Assembly: GCA_030390025.1 (NCBI GenBank)
Contig: CM059432.1
Span: 66,404,001-66,468,000, forward strand
DNA from: Squalus acanthias
Lineage: Eukaryota
DNA: 64,000 nt
Reading direction: 5' to 3'
Shown here: one piece after another, positions 13,082 through 26,015 of the stretch
Layout of the letters: every line of letters begins with the position of its first letter
Position numbering within the stretch: the stretch's first letter is position 1
Translations under genes and position numbers: made by a program
The notes under the pieces: model-generated
What the model was told of the DNA's origin: nothing
Database searches by the model: none
The model's input: only the letters and a program-made list of their open reading frames with translations

Positions 13082-13500
13082 TTATGCTTTGAAAAAAGAA
13101 GGCTGAGGGGTGACCTAATTGAGGTCTTTAAAATTCTGAAAGGTTTTGATAGAGTACATACAGAGAGAATATTTCCACTTGTGGGGAAGCGCATAACTAG
13201 AGGCCATCAATATAAGATAGTCACCAAGAAATCAAATAGGGAATTCAGAAGAAACTTCTTTACCCAAAGAGTGGTGAGAATGTGGAACTCGAAACCACAG
13301 GGAGTAGTTGAGGCAAATAGTATAGATGCATTTAAGGGGAGGCTAGTCAAGCATATGAGGGAGAAGGGAATAGAGGGTTATGCTGACAGAGTTAGATGAG
13401 GAAAGAAGGGAGGAGGCTCGAGTGGAGCATAAACACCGGCATGGACTGGTTGGGCCGAATGGCCTGTTTCTGTACCATATATCCTATGTAATCCTATGAA
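13082..13500 (+). mobile_element. CR1 3' end, 5'-truncated
   Basis: ORF 13073-13399 contains RRLRGDLIEVFK...FFTQRVV. Tail ATCCTATGTAATCCTATG. Confidence 0.9.
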
Positions 13501-13516
13501 TCACAGGATTAAAAAG

Positions 13517-15213
13517 TGTAAGGGGTTTTTGTGTCGTGCTTGTATCGCAGACTGTGCTGGTGCGGGGTTAGGCCTTCGTTGCCTAATACTATTGCTTGCT
13601 CTGGTCTCCGGCCAGCCTTGTTGCAATAAGCACCTGTGAGTGGTTTGACCCACTCGCCCTTACGGTTCTAACACTGGACTTAGGTGCGAGAGCAGTAATG
13701 CAGAGAAAAACTCAAATAGACCTGGTTGAATAGTACGAAATGGAAATCTTTATTGCATAGCGTCCAAGATCATGAAGTACATGTCATAGGCACAAATTAA
13801 CGATAGTACAAGTATACATACATTCATAAAGCTTGGTCTATGGTAATGAGGAACGCACGGCACATCGTAAAAATGGGAACACATTATACTTTATCCTTAA
13901 TAAAACCACCCTCCCTTATCAATACCTACACTACATCTAGATTTGTAGGATCGGGAAACATGCTCACCACTCGTGATACTTCGGAGAATTTTAAAGTGAG
14001 GCGCTTGGCTCGTTTCGCTGCAGCGCCTGACTGTCACGTGTTTGGAGGGGTCTCTGTACCCCACTTGTTTATCTTCGCTGCTGCTGCAAGCAGGCTGGGC
14101 TCCCCGTTGTCATGAAGAACTCGACAGTGCTCGGACCCGGCTGTAGAACTCAAAGAAAAGTCTTCCTGGACCGACACCAGTTGCCGGTAGAATTCAAAGA
14201 AGAGTCTTCCTGTATCGACACCAGTTGTCGATAAAATTCGAGGAAGAGTCTATGACCAGTTCGTGCAGTAACTGATAGAGTTCGTATAAATTCGGCGCGG
14301 TCGGGGTTTACTGACCGCGGCGGCACGTGGATTCTTCTTCTTCTCTTCTCAGCTCGTCTCGTCTCGTCTCTTCGGGCCTTCGGGTCCAAAACACCGTTTA
14401 CCGACACTCGGGATGGTGCACCCGGTTACTCGCCCTTCGTCGAGGCGGCTCATCCCGATTGAGCTCCACCCAACATTCGAATAACCGTCCAGTGCGGCTA
14501 AAAGTCCAGAGTCAACAGTCCAGAGAAACAAGAGCACGAATCAAGCAAATAAGGGTCGAATCAAGAGCATCAGCCGAGATAAGAGAAAAATAAGAGAGCG
14601 ATGGACATTTGTTGTCTATAGTTATAGTGCTGTGTTCCCTTATCTCCCACTCAAATCTTAATGTTTGTCCTTTGTGAAATATTGGCGCTCAAAACTCCCA
14701 GCATGGGGTGATTCTTGTCTTTAACGGGTTTCGGTAGCACCTGAGACTGGCCAACTACCCGTTAATGTTTTCCCCATTGTTGAACCGGCTAGGAGCCTCC
14801 CTGGCTGGGTTTTGGGGGCCCCCGAATACTTGTTTAATCACCCGAGAATGGCTCTCTCATTGTAGAGCCGTGGGGGTATTTGCGTATTGATGTGTCTGGA
14901 TGGGCCTTCGATTGCCCAGTACAATGGTCCTTACTTGTGCATGGAAAACGATTCCAGCACTCATATCTTTTGCTATTATCACAAATGCAAACAGGTTGCA
15001 TCCTGTCTTTATCAGTGCTTATCGAAAATGTTTATTCGAACGCCATCTTGTCTGCCCACTGTACTTCTGGAAACTTCTGCCACGATGCGCAGTGGCCATT
15101 TTACAGGCTTCTGTGTCCTGTTTAATCATGACAGCATTTCGTTTAAATAAACTGATCAAACGAATCTGCTTCTATCTCGTTATTTCGAATCGCGATAATT
15201 GCGAAACTTTACA
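13517..15213 (-). mobile_element. ERV-type solo LTR, 1697 bp
   Basis: Termini TGTAA...TTACA. 4-bp TSD AAAG at 13513-13516 and 15214-15217. Minus-strand AATAAA at about 13748-13753 and TATAA at about 14621-14625. CpG-rich with no coding homology. Confidence 0.8.
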
Positions 15214-16167
15214 AAAGTAACTTTCTTTCCAAATCACTTCTGTGGAAAATTGGTAAAAAGAAAATCCTGAAATGTGATAGTAGGCAAATCAGGTAAAATA
15301 ATTCAGCTTTGCATAAATGACCAATTTGCATGAGAACACAGGAATTAACCTGTTTTGTTAAATATTCTATGTTACAGATGGGTGCATGAAGTGAATAGAA
15401 GAGTACAGTGTACCCTGAAACTATAATGTCTGTGAGTCCTTAGTGATAAAATAAGCTCCGCTGTGGTATGCCCAACCTGCTATTCATGGGGAGGAACTGC
15501 TTTGCTCGCTATATGTAGAAAATCATACATATGGGAGATTCTAACCGTTCAGGGTGGGAAGTCGGCTGGTGAGATTTAAACGAGGCCCTGGAATTTAAAA
15601 AGCCCGCTCCTTATTTCCCAGACAGTAGATGAAGTTCCAACTCACCTCGCTACCCACCTACCCAAAACTCACCCGGAGTTAAAATCAGGGACCATGCTCT
15701 TATTGAATGCACTTAAAATGACGCTAAATGTAGTGTCCAGAACAATCACCCCCACCCCCACCACAGTTCCTAAAATCTCATTTGGTGAGAATATGTCCTT
15801 ATCTTTTACTATTGTAAAACAATGGAATGGAGCAAACAAGTCAAGCTATTAATTGAGATATAAACTTTTTAGTATCACTGATATAGGAAATATAATAATT
15901 GCGCTGAGAATTCAAAACATAACATAAAGACACAGCAAGTGAATTTCTGTGGGGCTTCCCCCAATAGTCCACTGTTATTTCTCACATCTTCCCCCATAGT
16001 GACAGCAAATGATTGGGGAACACCTGCGGAAATTCAACCTCTGAATTTTACTCTGGGAATGCAGCATAGTTTCAATACCACAAAGTTCATTTGTCAATAT
16101 GCCATCAGTCAGAATCTTTTAAACACTGGAAAGAAGAATCTTATTGCCGAGGAAAACCTAGATCATA

Positions 16168-17545
16168 GGCAAGGATTTTAATTTGGAAGCAGGTAGGGAG
16201 TGGGGGCAGATGGGAAACCTGGGAGAATGGATTTCCCTCAGGCCCTGCCAAATTTAATGGCAGGGCCTGATATACCTTTTTTTTATCTGTTTCCTGCCCG
16301 CAGCCAGCCAGATTGAGAGACTGGCTGGCTGTCGGGCGGTAGGCCTGGGGAGCAGAGAGGAGGAAGACCGGGATCACTGGAGGAGAAGGAAAACTGGCAT
16401 CTTCGGAGACGGTGGTAGGCCGGAATCGCCGGAGGTGGCTGAATGCCGGGATCGTCGATGGAGTAGGAAGACCGGGATGTTCGGAGGTGGTAAAAGGCCA
16501 GGATTTTCGGAGGTGGTGGAAGGCCGGGATCTTCAGAGGAGGAGGAAGGCCAGGATCGTTGCGGGGCGGGGGTGTCGGAAAGCCGGGAGCGGGGGGAGGG
16601 TTTGGAGATCAGGAGGGTGCACAGTGATCAGTCCGAGGGGAAGATTGGAGATGGGATGGGGGTGGGGGGGCAGATTGGAGGCCTTGGGTGTGGGGAGTTG
16701 GAGGCCTTGGGGGGGATCGGAGGCCTCGGGGGGCAGATCGGAGGCCTGGGGTGGGGGGGGCAGATTGGAGGCCTTGGGTGTGGGGAGTTGGAGGCCTCGG
16801 GGGGCAGATCGGAGGCCTGGGGTGGGGGGGCAGATCGGAGGCCTTGGGGGGATTCGGAGGCCTCAGGGGGGCAATCGGAGGCCAGGGGTGTGGGGAGTTG
16901 AAGGCCTCGGGGGGGATCGGAGGCCTCGGGGGGCAGATCGGAGGCCTGGGGTGGGGGGGCAGATCGGAGGCCTTGGGGGGATTCGGAGGCCTCAGGGGGG
17001 CGGATCGGAGGCCAGGGTGGGGGGATTCGGAGGTCTTGGGGGGGATCGGAGGCCTCAGGGGGGCGGATTGGAGGCCAGGGTGGGGGGATTCGGAGGCCTT
17101 GGGGGGTTCGGAGGCCTCAGGGGGGTGGATCGGAGGCCAGGGTGGGGGGATTCGGAGGCCTCAGAGGGAAGGTCGGGGGCAAATCGAAAGGCACGGGGGG
17201 CATGTCCAATTGCAGGGGGTTGAACGCTGGATTCAGCAGATAAGTGGAAAGGCACTTACCTCCGGGATCCAGGAGTCCTCGCCTTCCTTTAGCTGGCATG
17301 TTCCCTCAGGCCAGGAAAACCCGCCTGCCCACAGCTAAATTTAAAATGGTCGATCACCATGAAGCATGCAGCCTCATTATAATATTTAAATGACCAACCC
17401 ACCTCTTGGGAGCGGGTTAGATGCCCGCCGATTAAAACTGGAAGTGGGCGATTTGGATGCAGGTTGGCATCGGGATTCATATTTTTAACACTTTAACCTG
17501 CCACCCGACCCCAACCCACCCGTTTTTTGGGGATAAAATTCTCCC
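16168..17545. mobile_element. Harbinger-like MITE containing a G-rich minisatellite (about 16660-17180)
   Basis: TIRs GGCAAGGATTTTAA / ATAAAATTCTCCC. TSD ATA at 16165-16167 and 17546-17548. Internal repeats of GATCGGAGGCCT(C/G)GGGGG. Confidence 0.75.
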
Positions 17546-17633
17546 ATAGTTTCTAAAGAGCAAACCTTGAACTAGCTGTGAACAGCAGCATTGTTTTTGG
17601 ATGTGATGTTAGGAACTGAGCCATTGAAACTGT

Positions 17634-18310
17634 GGGGGGAATGTTAACCTAAAAAAACAGGTGGGTTAGGAGCGTGGGGATAGTTTAATTGTTAAAAATC
17701 GGAATCCCTACCTGAACCAACCTCCAACCCGCCTACTTCTGCTTTTAACGGAGGCGGGATGGGAGCCGGAATGGAGGAGGGCAACCAACCCGTTGCCAGG
17801 AGGTGGGGCGTCAATTTAAATATTATAATGAGGCTGGAAGTCTCTTTTTTAACCTCCATTTTGTGTTTAACTGTAGCTGGTCGGGTTTTACACACCTCGT
17901 AAAACCCGGCAGCTACAGCAAGGCGAGGATTGCTGCATCCAGGAGGTAAGTGCCTTTATACCTACCTCCTGGATCCAGGACCCTGCCTAGCCGCCCCTCT
18001 GCGAATCCTGAGCCTGGCCCTGATCCTCCAGCCCTGCTCCTCCGGCCCCGATCTTCCTCCAGCCCCCGCACCACCACGGTCTTCCGGAGGCCGGCCCCAA
18101 TCCTCCAGTGGCCGGCCACAATCTTCCATTCCCCCGCCCCTCCGATCCGACCACGATCCACCGGTGGCAGGCTACGATCTTCCCTTCCACCCCCTCCCGA
18201 CCCTCTGGCCCCAATCTTCCTTCCCCCCCTCCCCCCCCACTCCTCTGGTGGCCAGCCTCAATCTTCCTCCCCCACCCTCGCTCCCCCCCCGCTCCGATCC
18301 TCCAGAGGCT
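17634..18310. mobile_element. Truncated MITE of the same family as 16168-17545, in opposite orientation
   Basis: 17634-17960 aligns by eye to the reverse complement of 17245-17545 (shared ATTTAAATATTATAATGAGGCTG, AAGGCGAGGA and GGAGGTAAGTGCCTTT), then continues into a C-rich repeat. Confidence 0.7.
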
Positions 18311-19154
18311 GGCCCCGATATGCAGGAGGCTGAAAATTGCAGAGGGAGCCGCTCTAAAAAAATAATTTAATTGTGCTTGCCTGCTCTTCAGGGGTCCAGG
18401 CCTTGCTATCAGCACAAAGCCCCAGTGCACCCCAAAACTGCCACTGTGTTAGTTGGGTTTCACCAGGTTGACTATTGTCAATTCTACACCAAGTCGCTTT
18501 GAGGGTCGAGGTCACAGAAAGTCTCAGTCCTCTCCTTCATCATTGGTCATGTTTGGAGTGGGCGGAGGCTATACCCTCACCAAGCCATCATGGGTTGTAC
18601 AAAACTAGGCCAAAATCTGTCGTTTCTAGGTTCTGACCTAGTATCTGGCCCTTCCGATGAATTCCTGCCAAAGTTACAGTGGGTGTATGCTGAAAGGGCA
18701 AGGAACAGTAGTGCTCAGAGGTATCTAATGTCTTTGTTTACAGATTTATTTTGAGACAGTCATAGCTTCCATACCCTTGTCATGAGTTCTGAATGTAATC
18801 TCTTGTGTCTAATTTTCTTGGGTAAAATCACCACTAATGTATGTTTCTTACCTCTTTGAACTGCCTTACATCTGGCAAGAATTGTCTTCAATAAATGGAC
18901 ATTTCAGCACTCTACTAAGCCTATCTTTCCCCATCTTACTACCAATTTCATAATGAGTAGTGGTGGCACTAGTGGAGAATAGTGTGAAGTAGTGGTGAGG
19001 ACTTGTAGGCTGATCAACAGTCTGATAGACCACAACATGAACACGGCTGTAACTATCTTTATAATGATAGGGTGGTTAGTCTTTTATGGTGGGAGGGTTT
19101 TATGGGATCTCACAACTCTTGGGGGGGCACCCACACTCAAGATGTACACTTAAT

Positions 19155-19917
19155 GGGCCAAAAATTCGGCACTTGCCGGGTGAGTACGCGCTGTGTACTC
19201 ACCTGTAAGGCCTCCTGAAGTGCTGGTTTCCTGCATGCACTGCGCATGCGCAGGAAACTGGAACTTCCGGTCTCGTGAAGGGAGCGGTTCAGAGGTGAAC
19301 CGCGTGCGCGGTAGAGGCTGCGCGCACGCAGCAAACTTAGGTTTTTTTTCAGGTTTCTCCGGGAGGGTAAGTATTGAAGAAGCTGCGCTTTTAAAAAGGA
19401 GGCGCAAGACCCGTTTTCAACAAGGTAAGTGATTAATTAATTACAATTTAAAAAATTTTCAACAGGTTTATCTTTTTTAGATACTTTAAAGAAAGGTAAG
19501 TTTATTTTTAGCACTGTTAAAAAGTATTTTAATTTTTTCAAAATTTTAAATTTTTGTTTAAAGTAATTAATTTATTTAACTTATAGTTATTTTAAAAATG
19601 TGATGTTTTTTAAAAAATTATTTGAAGTTGAGGTGTTGTTTTGGGGCCGATTTCAATTCATAGATTTGACAGGTCTTCCTGTCAAATCTATGAATGAAAG
19701 ATGGTCTGCTGCCATTGGCTCGCCATGGCCCACGTGATCCCAGGGGACGCATCGCACTAACTACGCCCCTGGGATACACAAGCACTGCGCGCCCGCAGTT
19801 GGGGGAGGTCCAGGAGCTGAAGTCCCCGTGGGCCCAGAGGTCAACGGCAGGCGCGGTAGGTAGGTGCGCGCGGGATCCTTGCACCCGCGGGAAGCCAGGG
19901 AGCCTAATTTCTGGGCC
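19155..19917. mobile_element. Non-autonomous PIF/Harbinger-like MITE
   Basis: TIRs GGGCCAAAAATTCGGC / GCCTAATTTCTGGGCC. TSD AAT at 19152-19154 and 19918-19920. Confidence 0.8.
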
Positions 19918-21194
19918 AATGACTACACACAGGGTGGCTCACTCAGAATGTCAGAATGAATAGAACTTGATGTGGGAACAGCTTAGTTTCAACTTCTCAT
20001 ATTTCCCTGCACTGTATCTGTGAGTGATGACATTTTGTATTCATACTGTGTACATTTTAACCAACATTATCTCTTTTTTGATCTTTATCTTTATTGCAAT
20101 GTGATAAAGTCGCAGATTTTTCTGTCATGTTAAGACATGAACAACTTCATCAGTAGCTGAAAATAGCATGTTAAATAAAATGTGCAGTATGCATTTTAGT
20201 GAGATTGATGACCTGGCTGTTGTATTTATCAGCTGAGTTTTTCAACAAGTAGTTGCTGATCTTCCAATTGCTTCCTTGCAGAAATATGCTGTAAACTTTA
20301 TATTGATCCAGTTTGTACTTTATAGATGGAGTTTTATCATGAGCACTCTTCTTAAAACGTGAACAACAACGGAGATTTAAGTTAACTTCTATATCTTGTT
20401 TTTTCTCTCTCTGTTTCTGATGATTGTTTAAATATTTTTTTAAACAGCGAACACTGATTACAACAAGGGCTTGGAGAAATTACCAACCTTGATAGTGTGA
20501 GGAACAAAATTAAAATGAACAGCAGAACTGAAACATCCTGGGTCAATGATTATAGTGACAACCAGACTCCCTTCTTACTATTTATGTTGGTTGTGTTTTT
20601 CCTGTTAGGCTTCTGTTACCTGTTCTTTCATATTATCGTTTACATTCATGAAATTTGTGTTATTTTAAGCTTTGTTTGATTCTACTTCTGTATTATTAAC
20701 AATACGAAGTGAATTCTTATTTGCACTGCCAGGCAATTTACCAGCTGTTAATTGTTTTCTAACTACATTCGCTTTATCTGGTAATCTTGTGGCAATATAC
20801 TGTGTGACAGTGCAGTAGTATGCTGGTTGGTGTGAGGTTGCTATTCCTTACGCAGCGAGATCTTAATCTTGGTACAATGTCACGGAGGCAGAAACAGTTC
20901 TACATATGGAGGGAACAAGTAACAGGTGATTCAAACCAGCTCACTCTCGTGAATCCCCGCCAGAAGTAGGCCGGTACCTCATGAATAAGCAGAAATCAGG
21001 GTCCTATGGTGTAATATTAACACTAAATAGCAGAGGTCCCGCCCAGCACTGAACCTATTAAGTAAAATGTAGTAGGATTGGTTTCAGAGGGCCACTGGAA
21101 ACAATATTTAGAGATCTGTGTTTTTGTGTTTTTTGAATTTCCAAGCGGGTGTTCAGGAGAATTTTCTTGATCAGTATGTTTCCTACCCAACGAG

Positions 21195-22089
21195 AAAGGA
21201 TAGTGAACAGTGAGGAGGAGAGTGATAGACTTCAGGAAGACATAGACAGACTGGTGAAATGGGTGGACATGTGGCAGATGAAATTTAACGCAGAAAAATG
21301 CGGAGTGATACATTTTGGTAGAAAGAATGAGGAGAGGACATATAAACTAAATGGTTCAATCTGAATAGAGAGACCTAGGGGTATGTGTGCACAAATCTCT
21401 GAAGGTGGCAGGGCAGGTTGAGAAAGCAGTTAAAAAGGCTTACGGGATCCTGGGCTTCAGAAATAGAGGTTATAGAATACAAAAGTGTGGAAATTATGAT
21501 GAACCTGTATAAAACACTGGTTTGGCCCCAACTGGAGTACTGTGTCCAATTCTGGGCACCACACTTTAGGAAGGATGTGAAGGCCTCAGAGAAGGTGCAG
21601 TAAAGATTTACAAGAATGATTCCAGGAATGAGGGACTTAAGTTACATTGATAGACTGGAGAAGCTGGGGTTGTTCTCCTTGGAGCAGAGAAGATTGAGAG
21701 GAGATTTGATGGAGGTGTTCAAAATCATGAGGGGTCTGGACAGAGTAGATAGAGGAAAACTGTTCCCATTAACAGAAGGGTTGAGAACCAGAGGACACAG
21801 ATTTAAGGTGATTGGCAAAAGAACCAAAGGCGACGTAAGAAAAAACTTTTTTACACAGCGAGTGGTTAAGATCTGGAATGCACTGCCTGAAAGGGTGGTG
21901 GAGGCAGACTCAATCTTATCTTTCAAAAGGGAGTTGGATAAGTATCTGAAGGAAAAAATGCAGGGCTATGGGGAAAGGGCAGGGGGAGTGGGACTAGCTG
22001 AGGTGCTCTTGCAGAGAGCTGGCACGGGCTCGACGGCCGAATGGCCTCCTTCCGTGCTGTAACCATTCTATGATTCTATGATTCTATGA
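21195..22089 (+). mobile_element. CR1 3' portion (same subfamily as 1-1174)
   Basis: ORF fragments 21149-22062 closely match the 349-1161 ORF. (ATTCTATG)3 tail at about 22065-22088. Confidence 0.92.
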
Positions 22090-25000
22090 GACATGGATAT
22101 AGTCCTGGGGAACAAAATGGGTCAAGTGGGGAATGTCACAGTTGGGGAGTACCTCGGGAATAGTGATCATAGTATCGTAAGGTTTAGATTAGTTATGGAG
22201 AAGGGTGAGGAGCAATCTAGAATAAAAATACTTAACAAGAGGAGGGATAATTTCAGCAAATTGAGGAAGGATCTGGCCTGGGTAAATTGGAGTCAAAGAC
22301 TGGCAGGCAGAAACGTAATGGAGCAATGGACGGTCTTTAGAGAGTTGGTTCGGGTACAGTTGAGGTACCTTCCCACAAGGGGGAAAGGTAGGGCAACCAA
22401 AGCCAGAGCCAGAGCTTTGGATGATGAAAGAGTTAGAGAGTAGGATGAAGCAGAAAAAGGGGGAGTATGACAGATGTCAGCTTGATAATTCAAGGGAGAA
22501 TCAGGCTGAATATAAAAAAGTACAGTGGAGAAGTGAAAAAGCAAGTAAGAGGGGCAAAGAGAGAGTACGAGAATAGATTGGTGGCTAACATAAAAGGAAA
22601 TCCAAAGGTCTTCGATAGGCATATTAACAGAAAAAGGGTTGTCAGAGGAGGGACCAAAATGGAGATCTATTGATGGGGGCAGAAGGCATGGCTGAGGTAC
22701 TAAGGCCAGAATTTTGCGGGGGTCAGCGGGCACGATCAGTGGCGGGTCGGGTGGGAAAGACCCCGCTGTGAACCCGCCACCACGCGCCTTTCCCAATGTC
22801 GGGTCTGTGAGCGCTGAGTAGACCCAACACGCAGCGGAGGGGGACCCAATTCAGGTAATTCGTGGCTTATTTAGAGCCACTTAAGAATGATTTTCAGCTT
22901 ACCTTTTGCATTTGACAGCTTGCCCTAAGGGTCCACGCTGGGCGTGGATCATGTCTGTTAAGCTGAGGCAGGAGTTCTGTGGCCATTGACTCAGCTATTG
23001 AGTTGACAGCTTGAAATGTAAAGTAAAAGCTCCCACCTTACAGAGACATCTTCCCTCAGCCACAAGCTCTTCCTCACTGCATTTCCACAACAGATTCACC
23101 ATGCTGCAAGTCTTTACACAAGTCTCCATTCAGTCTGGCCTCATTACCTCTCTCACCATTGACAACACGCTTCTGTCATTGCAACTTCACCTGCCATCTA
23201 TTCCATCAGCATGGGTGCCCTTTATACTCTCTCACCTTGGTCCTCAGAATCGCACCATGATCAGCCCAAACACCAGCAGCACCAGGCACACCAGCAGCAC
23301 CAACAACAATACCAACCTTCTCCGCAATCACCTGATGCTGCACAGGACACAAGGCATCAGCACCCGATTGCATTGCTGCCCGGGAGGCCAGGGATGGCCT
23401 CACCATGGCCAGATTTACTTCACTTGATGCTGTACACCCTGGCTGCCACATGAGGTGCCAGGTTGGCACCACCCCACACCAACACCATAAAGCATCCCTA
23501 CAATGCCCAAGCCATTCCTTTCACACTCATGACCATTGCGGGAGGTACTGTTATAACTCACCATTCACTGCAACTCACTAAGCCACTTCCAAAGGTGCAC
23601 ACGAATCTGTCCAAGAATGCAAAGTGTTGAAAATAAATGTTTCAATGTTTGACACCACATTAACAGAAACTTTACATGAAGATTGGATAAAACACCCAAG
23701 TGTCTACCCTTGTGTGTTGTTAATTGGTATGATTGCACTAGGATGAGGGTGAGTGTGAGGGGTGGCTAGTGAGATGGGGATGTGATAATGTCGATAGAGA
23801 GGGATGGGTGGAGGTGCAAGGTAAGTTGGTGTGAGTAAGGATGTGCTGGAGTAGGATAGGGAAGGCAGAGTGATGGGGATGTGGCACAGCAGGATGAGGC
23901 AGAGTGTGGCTTTGTACTAACATTTCGTGATCTACTGAGACCATTGAAACATTTGTGCCACTGCACCCAGGTCCTCCTGACCACATCCCTGCTTGTGTCC
24001 TCCTCTGCAATGTGCAACCAGGCTGTGTTGATCTCATGGGGAGGTGTTTTCTGCCCATGGAAAGGGAAGAATACCTCCCTATGTGCTGTGACTCCCTCTA
24101 TAAGCATATGGAGGGAGTCATGGGAGAACCTGGGTGCAGCCCTGTGCCTTTGTGCAGTGCTTGTCAGTGTTTGCAGCACCTCAATGCTGTAGAACACTGA
24201 CAGCAAAACTGTCAAAATAAAGTTGGACATGGTCCCTTTAAGGAAAGCAGCTGATGACGCGTCATCAAATGACATCACCAGACCCGCTTCCTCTAATTGG
24301 CCAGGAAATGCGCTGGGTGGGCTTAACCAGCCCCATCAATGGAAATTCATTTTAGACAGCAGGATGGAGCCAGCAGTGGGATCGGGACCACTGTGGTTAG
24401 TAAAATCCCGGCATAAATGAGTACTTTGCATCAGTGTTTACCAAGGAAGATGACTTTGCCAAAGCTATGGTAAACAAGGAGGTTGCCAGGATACTGGATG
24501 AGATAAATATAGATAAAGAGGCAGTACTAGGAAGGCTGGCAGTACTTACAGTAGATTAGTCACCCGGTCCGGATGGGATGCATCCAAGGTTGCTGAAGGA
24601 AGTAAGGGTAGAAATTGCGGCAGTGCTGGCCACAATCTTCCAATCCTCCTTAGACACAAGGGTGGTGCCAAATCAAATGTTACACCCTTGTTCAAAAAAG
24701 GGGAGAAGGATAAATCTGGCAATTACAGGCCAGTCAGTTTAACTTCAGTGGTGGGGAAGCTTTTAGAAACAATAATCCGGGAGAGAACTAACAGCCACTT
24801 GGACAAGCACGGACTAATAAAGGAGAGCCAGCACGGATTTGTTAAAGGAAAATCGTGTTTGACTAACTTGATTGAGTTTTTTTGATGAGGTAACAGAGAA
24901 CGTTGATGAGGGCAGTGCAGTGCATGTTGTGTACATTTAATTTTTCAAAAGATGTTTAATAAAGTACCACATATTAGGCTTATTAGCAACATTGAAGCCC

Positions 25001-25870
25001 ATGAGATAAAAGGGGCAGTAGCAGCATGGATACAAAATTGGCTAAGGGATAGAGAACAGAGTTATGGTGAATGGCTGTTTTTCAGACTGGAGGGAGGTAT
25101 ACAATGACGTTCCCCAAGGTTCAGTACTAGGACCACAGCTGTTTTTGATATACATTAATGTCTTGTACTTGGGGGGTACAGTGGCACAATTTTGAAATTT
25201 GCAGATGACACAAAACTTGGAAGTGTAGTAAACTGTGAGGAAGATAGTAATAGACTCCAAGAGGACAGAGAAAGGCTGGTGGAATAGGCGGACACATGAC
25301 AGATGAATTTCAACACAGAAATGTGTGAGGTGATACATTTTGGTAGGAAGAATGAGGTTAGACAATACATGCTAAATGTTACAATTTGAAAGGGGGTGCA
25401 AGAAGAGAGAGACATGGGGTGTTTGTGCACAAATCTTTGAAGGTGGCAGGACAGGTTAACAAAGCAGTTTCTTAAGCATATGGGATCCTGGGCTTTATAA
25501 ACAGAGGCATAGAGTAGAAAAGCAAGGAAGTTATGCTAAGACTGTATAAAACACTGGTTCAGCCCCAGCTGGAGTATTGTGTCCAATTCTGGGCACCGCA
25601 CTTTAGGAAGGACGTGAAGGCTTTGGAGAGGATATAGAAGAGATTTACTAGAATGGTTTCAGGGATGAGGGATTACAGTTGCATGGATAGACTTGAGAAG
25701 CTGGGTTTGTTCTCCTTGAAGCAGAGGAGATTTGATAGAGGCATTTAAAATCATGAAGGATTTAGATAGAGTAAATAAAGAGAAACTGTTTCCATTGGCT
25801 GAATGGTCAATAATGATAGGGCACAGATTTAAGGTGATTGGCAAAAGAACCAGAGGCGACATGAGGAAAA
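22090..25870 (+). mobile_element. Old CR1 ORF2 (end of APE domain through RT), interrupted by a Harbinger insertion at 22704-24413
   Basis: Motifs GEYLGNSDH, NYRPVSLTSVVGK and QHGFVKGKSCLTNL. The sequence rejoins as GAGGTAC-TAA-ATGAGTAC across the insertion. Confidence 0.88.
22704..24413. mobile_element. Harbinger internal-deletion derivative (nuclease N/C stubs on +, Myb/SANT exon 1 on -)
   Basis: TIRs GGCCAGAATTTTGC / GTAAAATCCCGGCA. TSD TAA at 22701-22703 and 24414-24416. AAPRFSHDSLHMLIEGV Myb-like segment. Homologous to both ends of 54079-58302. Confidence 0.88.
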
Positions 25871-26015
25871 ATATATATTAATGACCTGGACTTGAGTATA
25901 GGAGGCATCATTTCAAAGTTTGCAGATGACACAAAACTTGAAAATGTAGTAAACAGTGAGGAGGATAGTTGCAGACTTCAGGACATAGACAGACTGGTAA
26001 AATGAGAAGACATGT

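Noticed and set aside
15378..15431. Exon-like segment with TTACAG acceptor and GTGAGT donor
   Set aside because: It has stops in all three frames and no other support. It could only be a non-coding or terminal exon.
16435..17338. Gly-rich ORFs of 216-262 aa resembling structural proteins
   Set aside because: They arise from the G-rich array inside a MITE, are open in several frames, and have no gene context.
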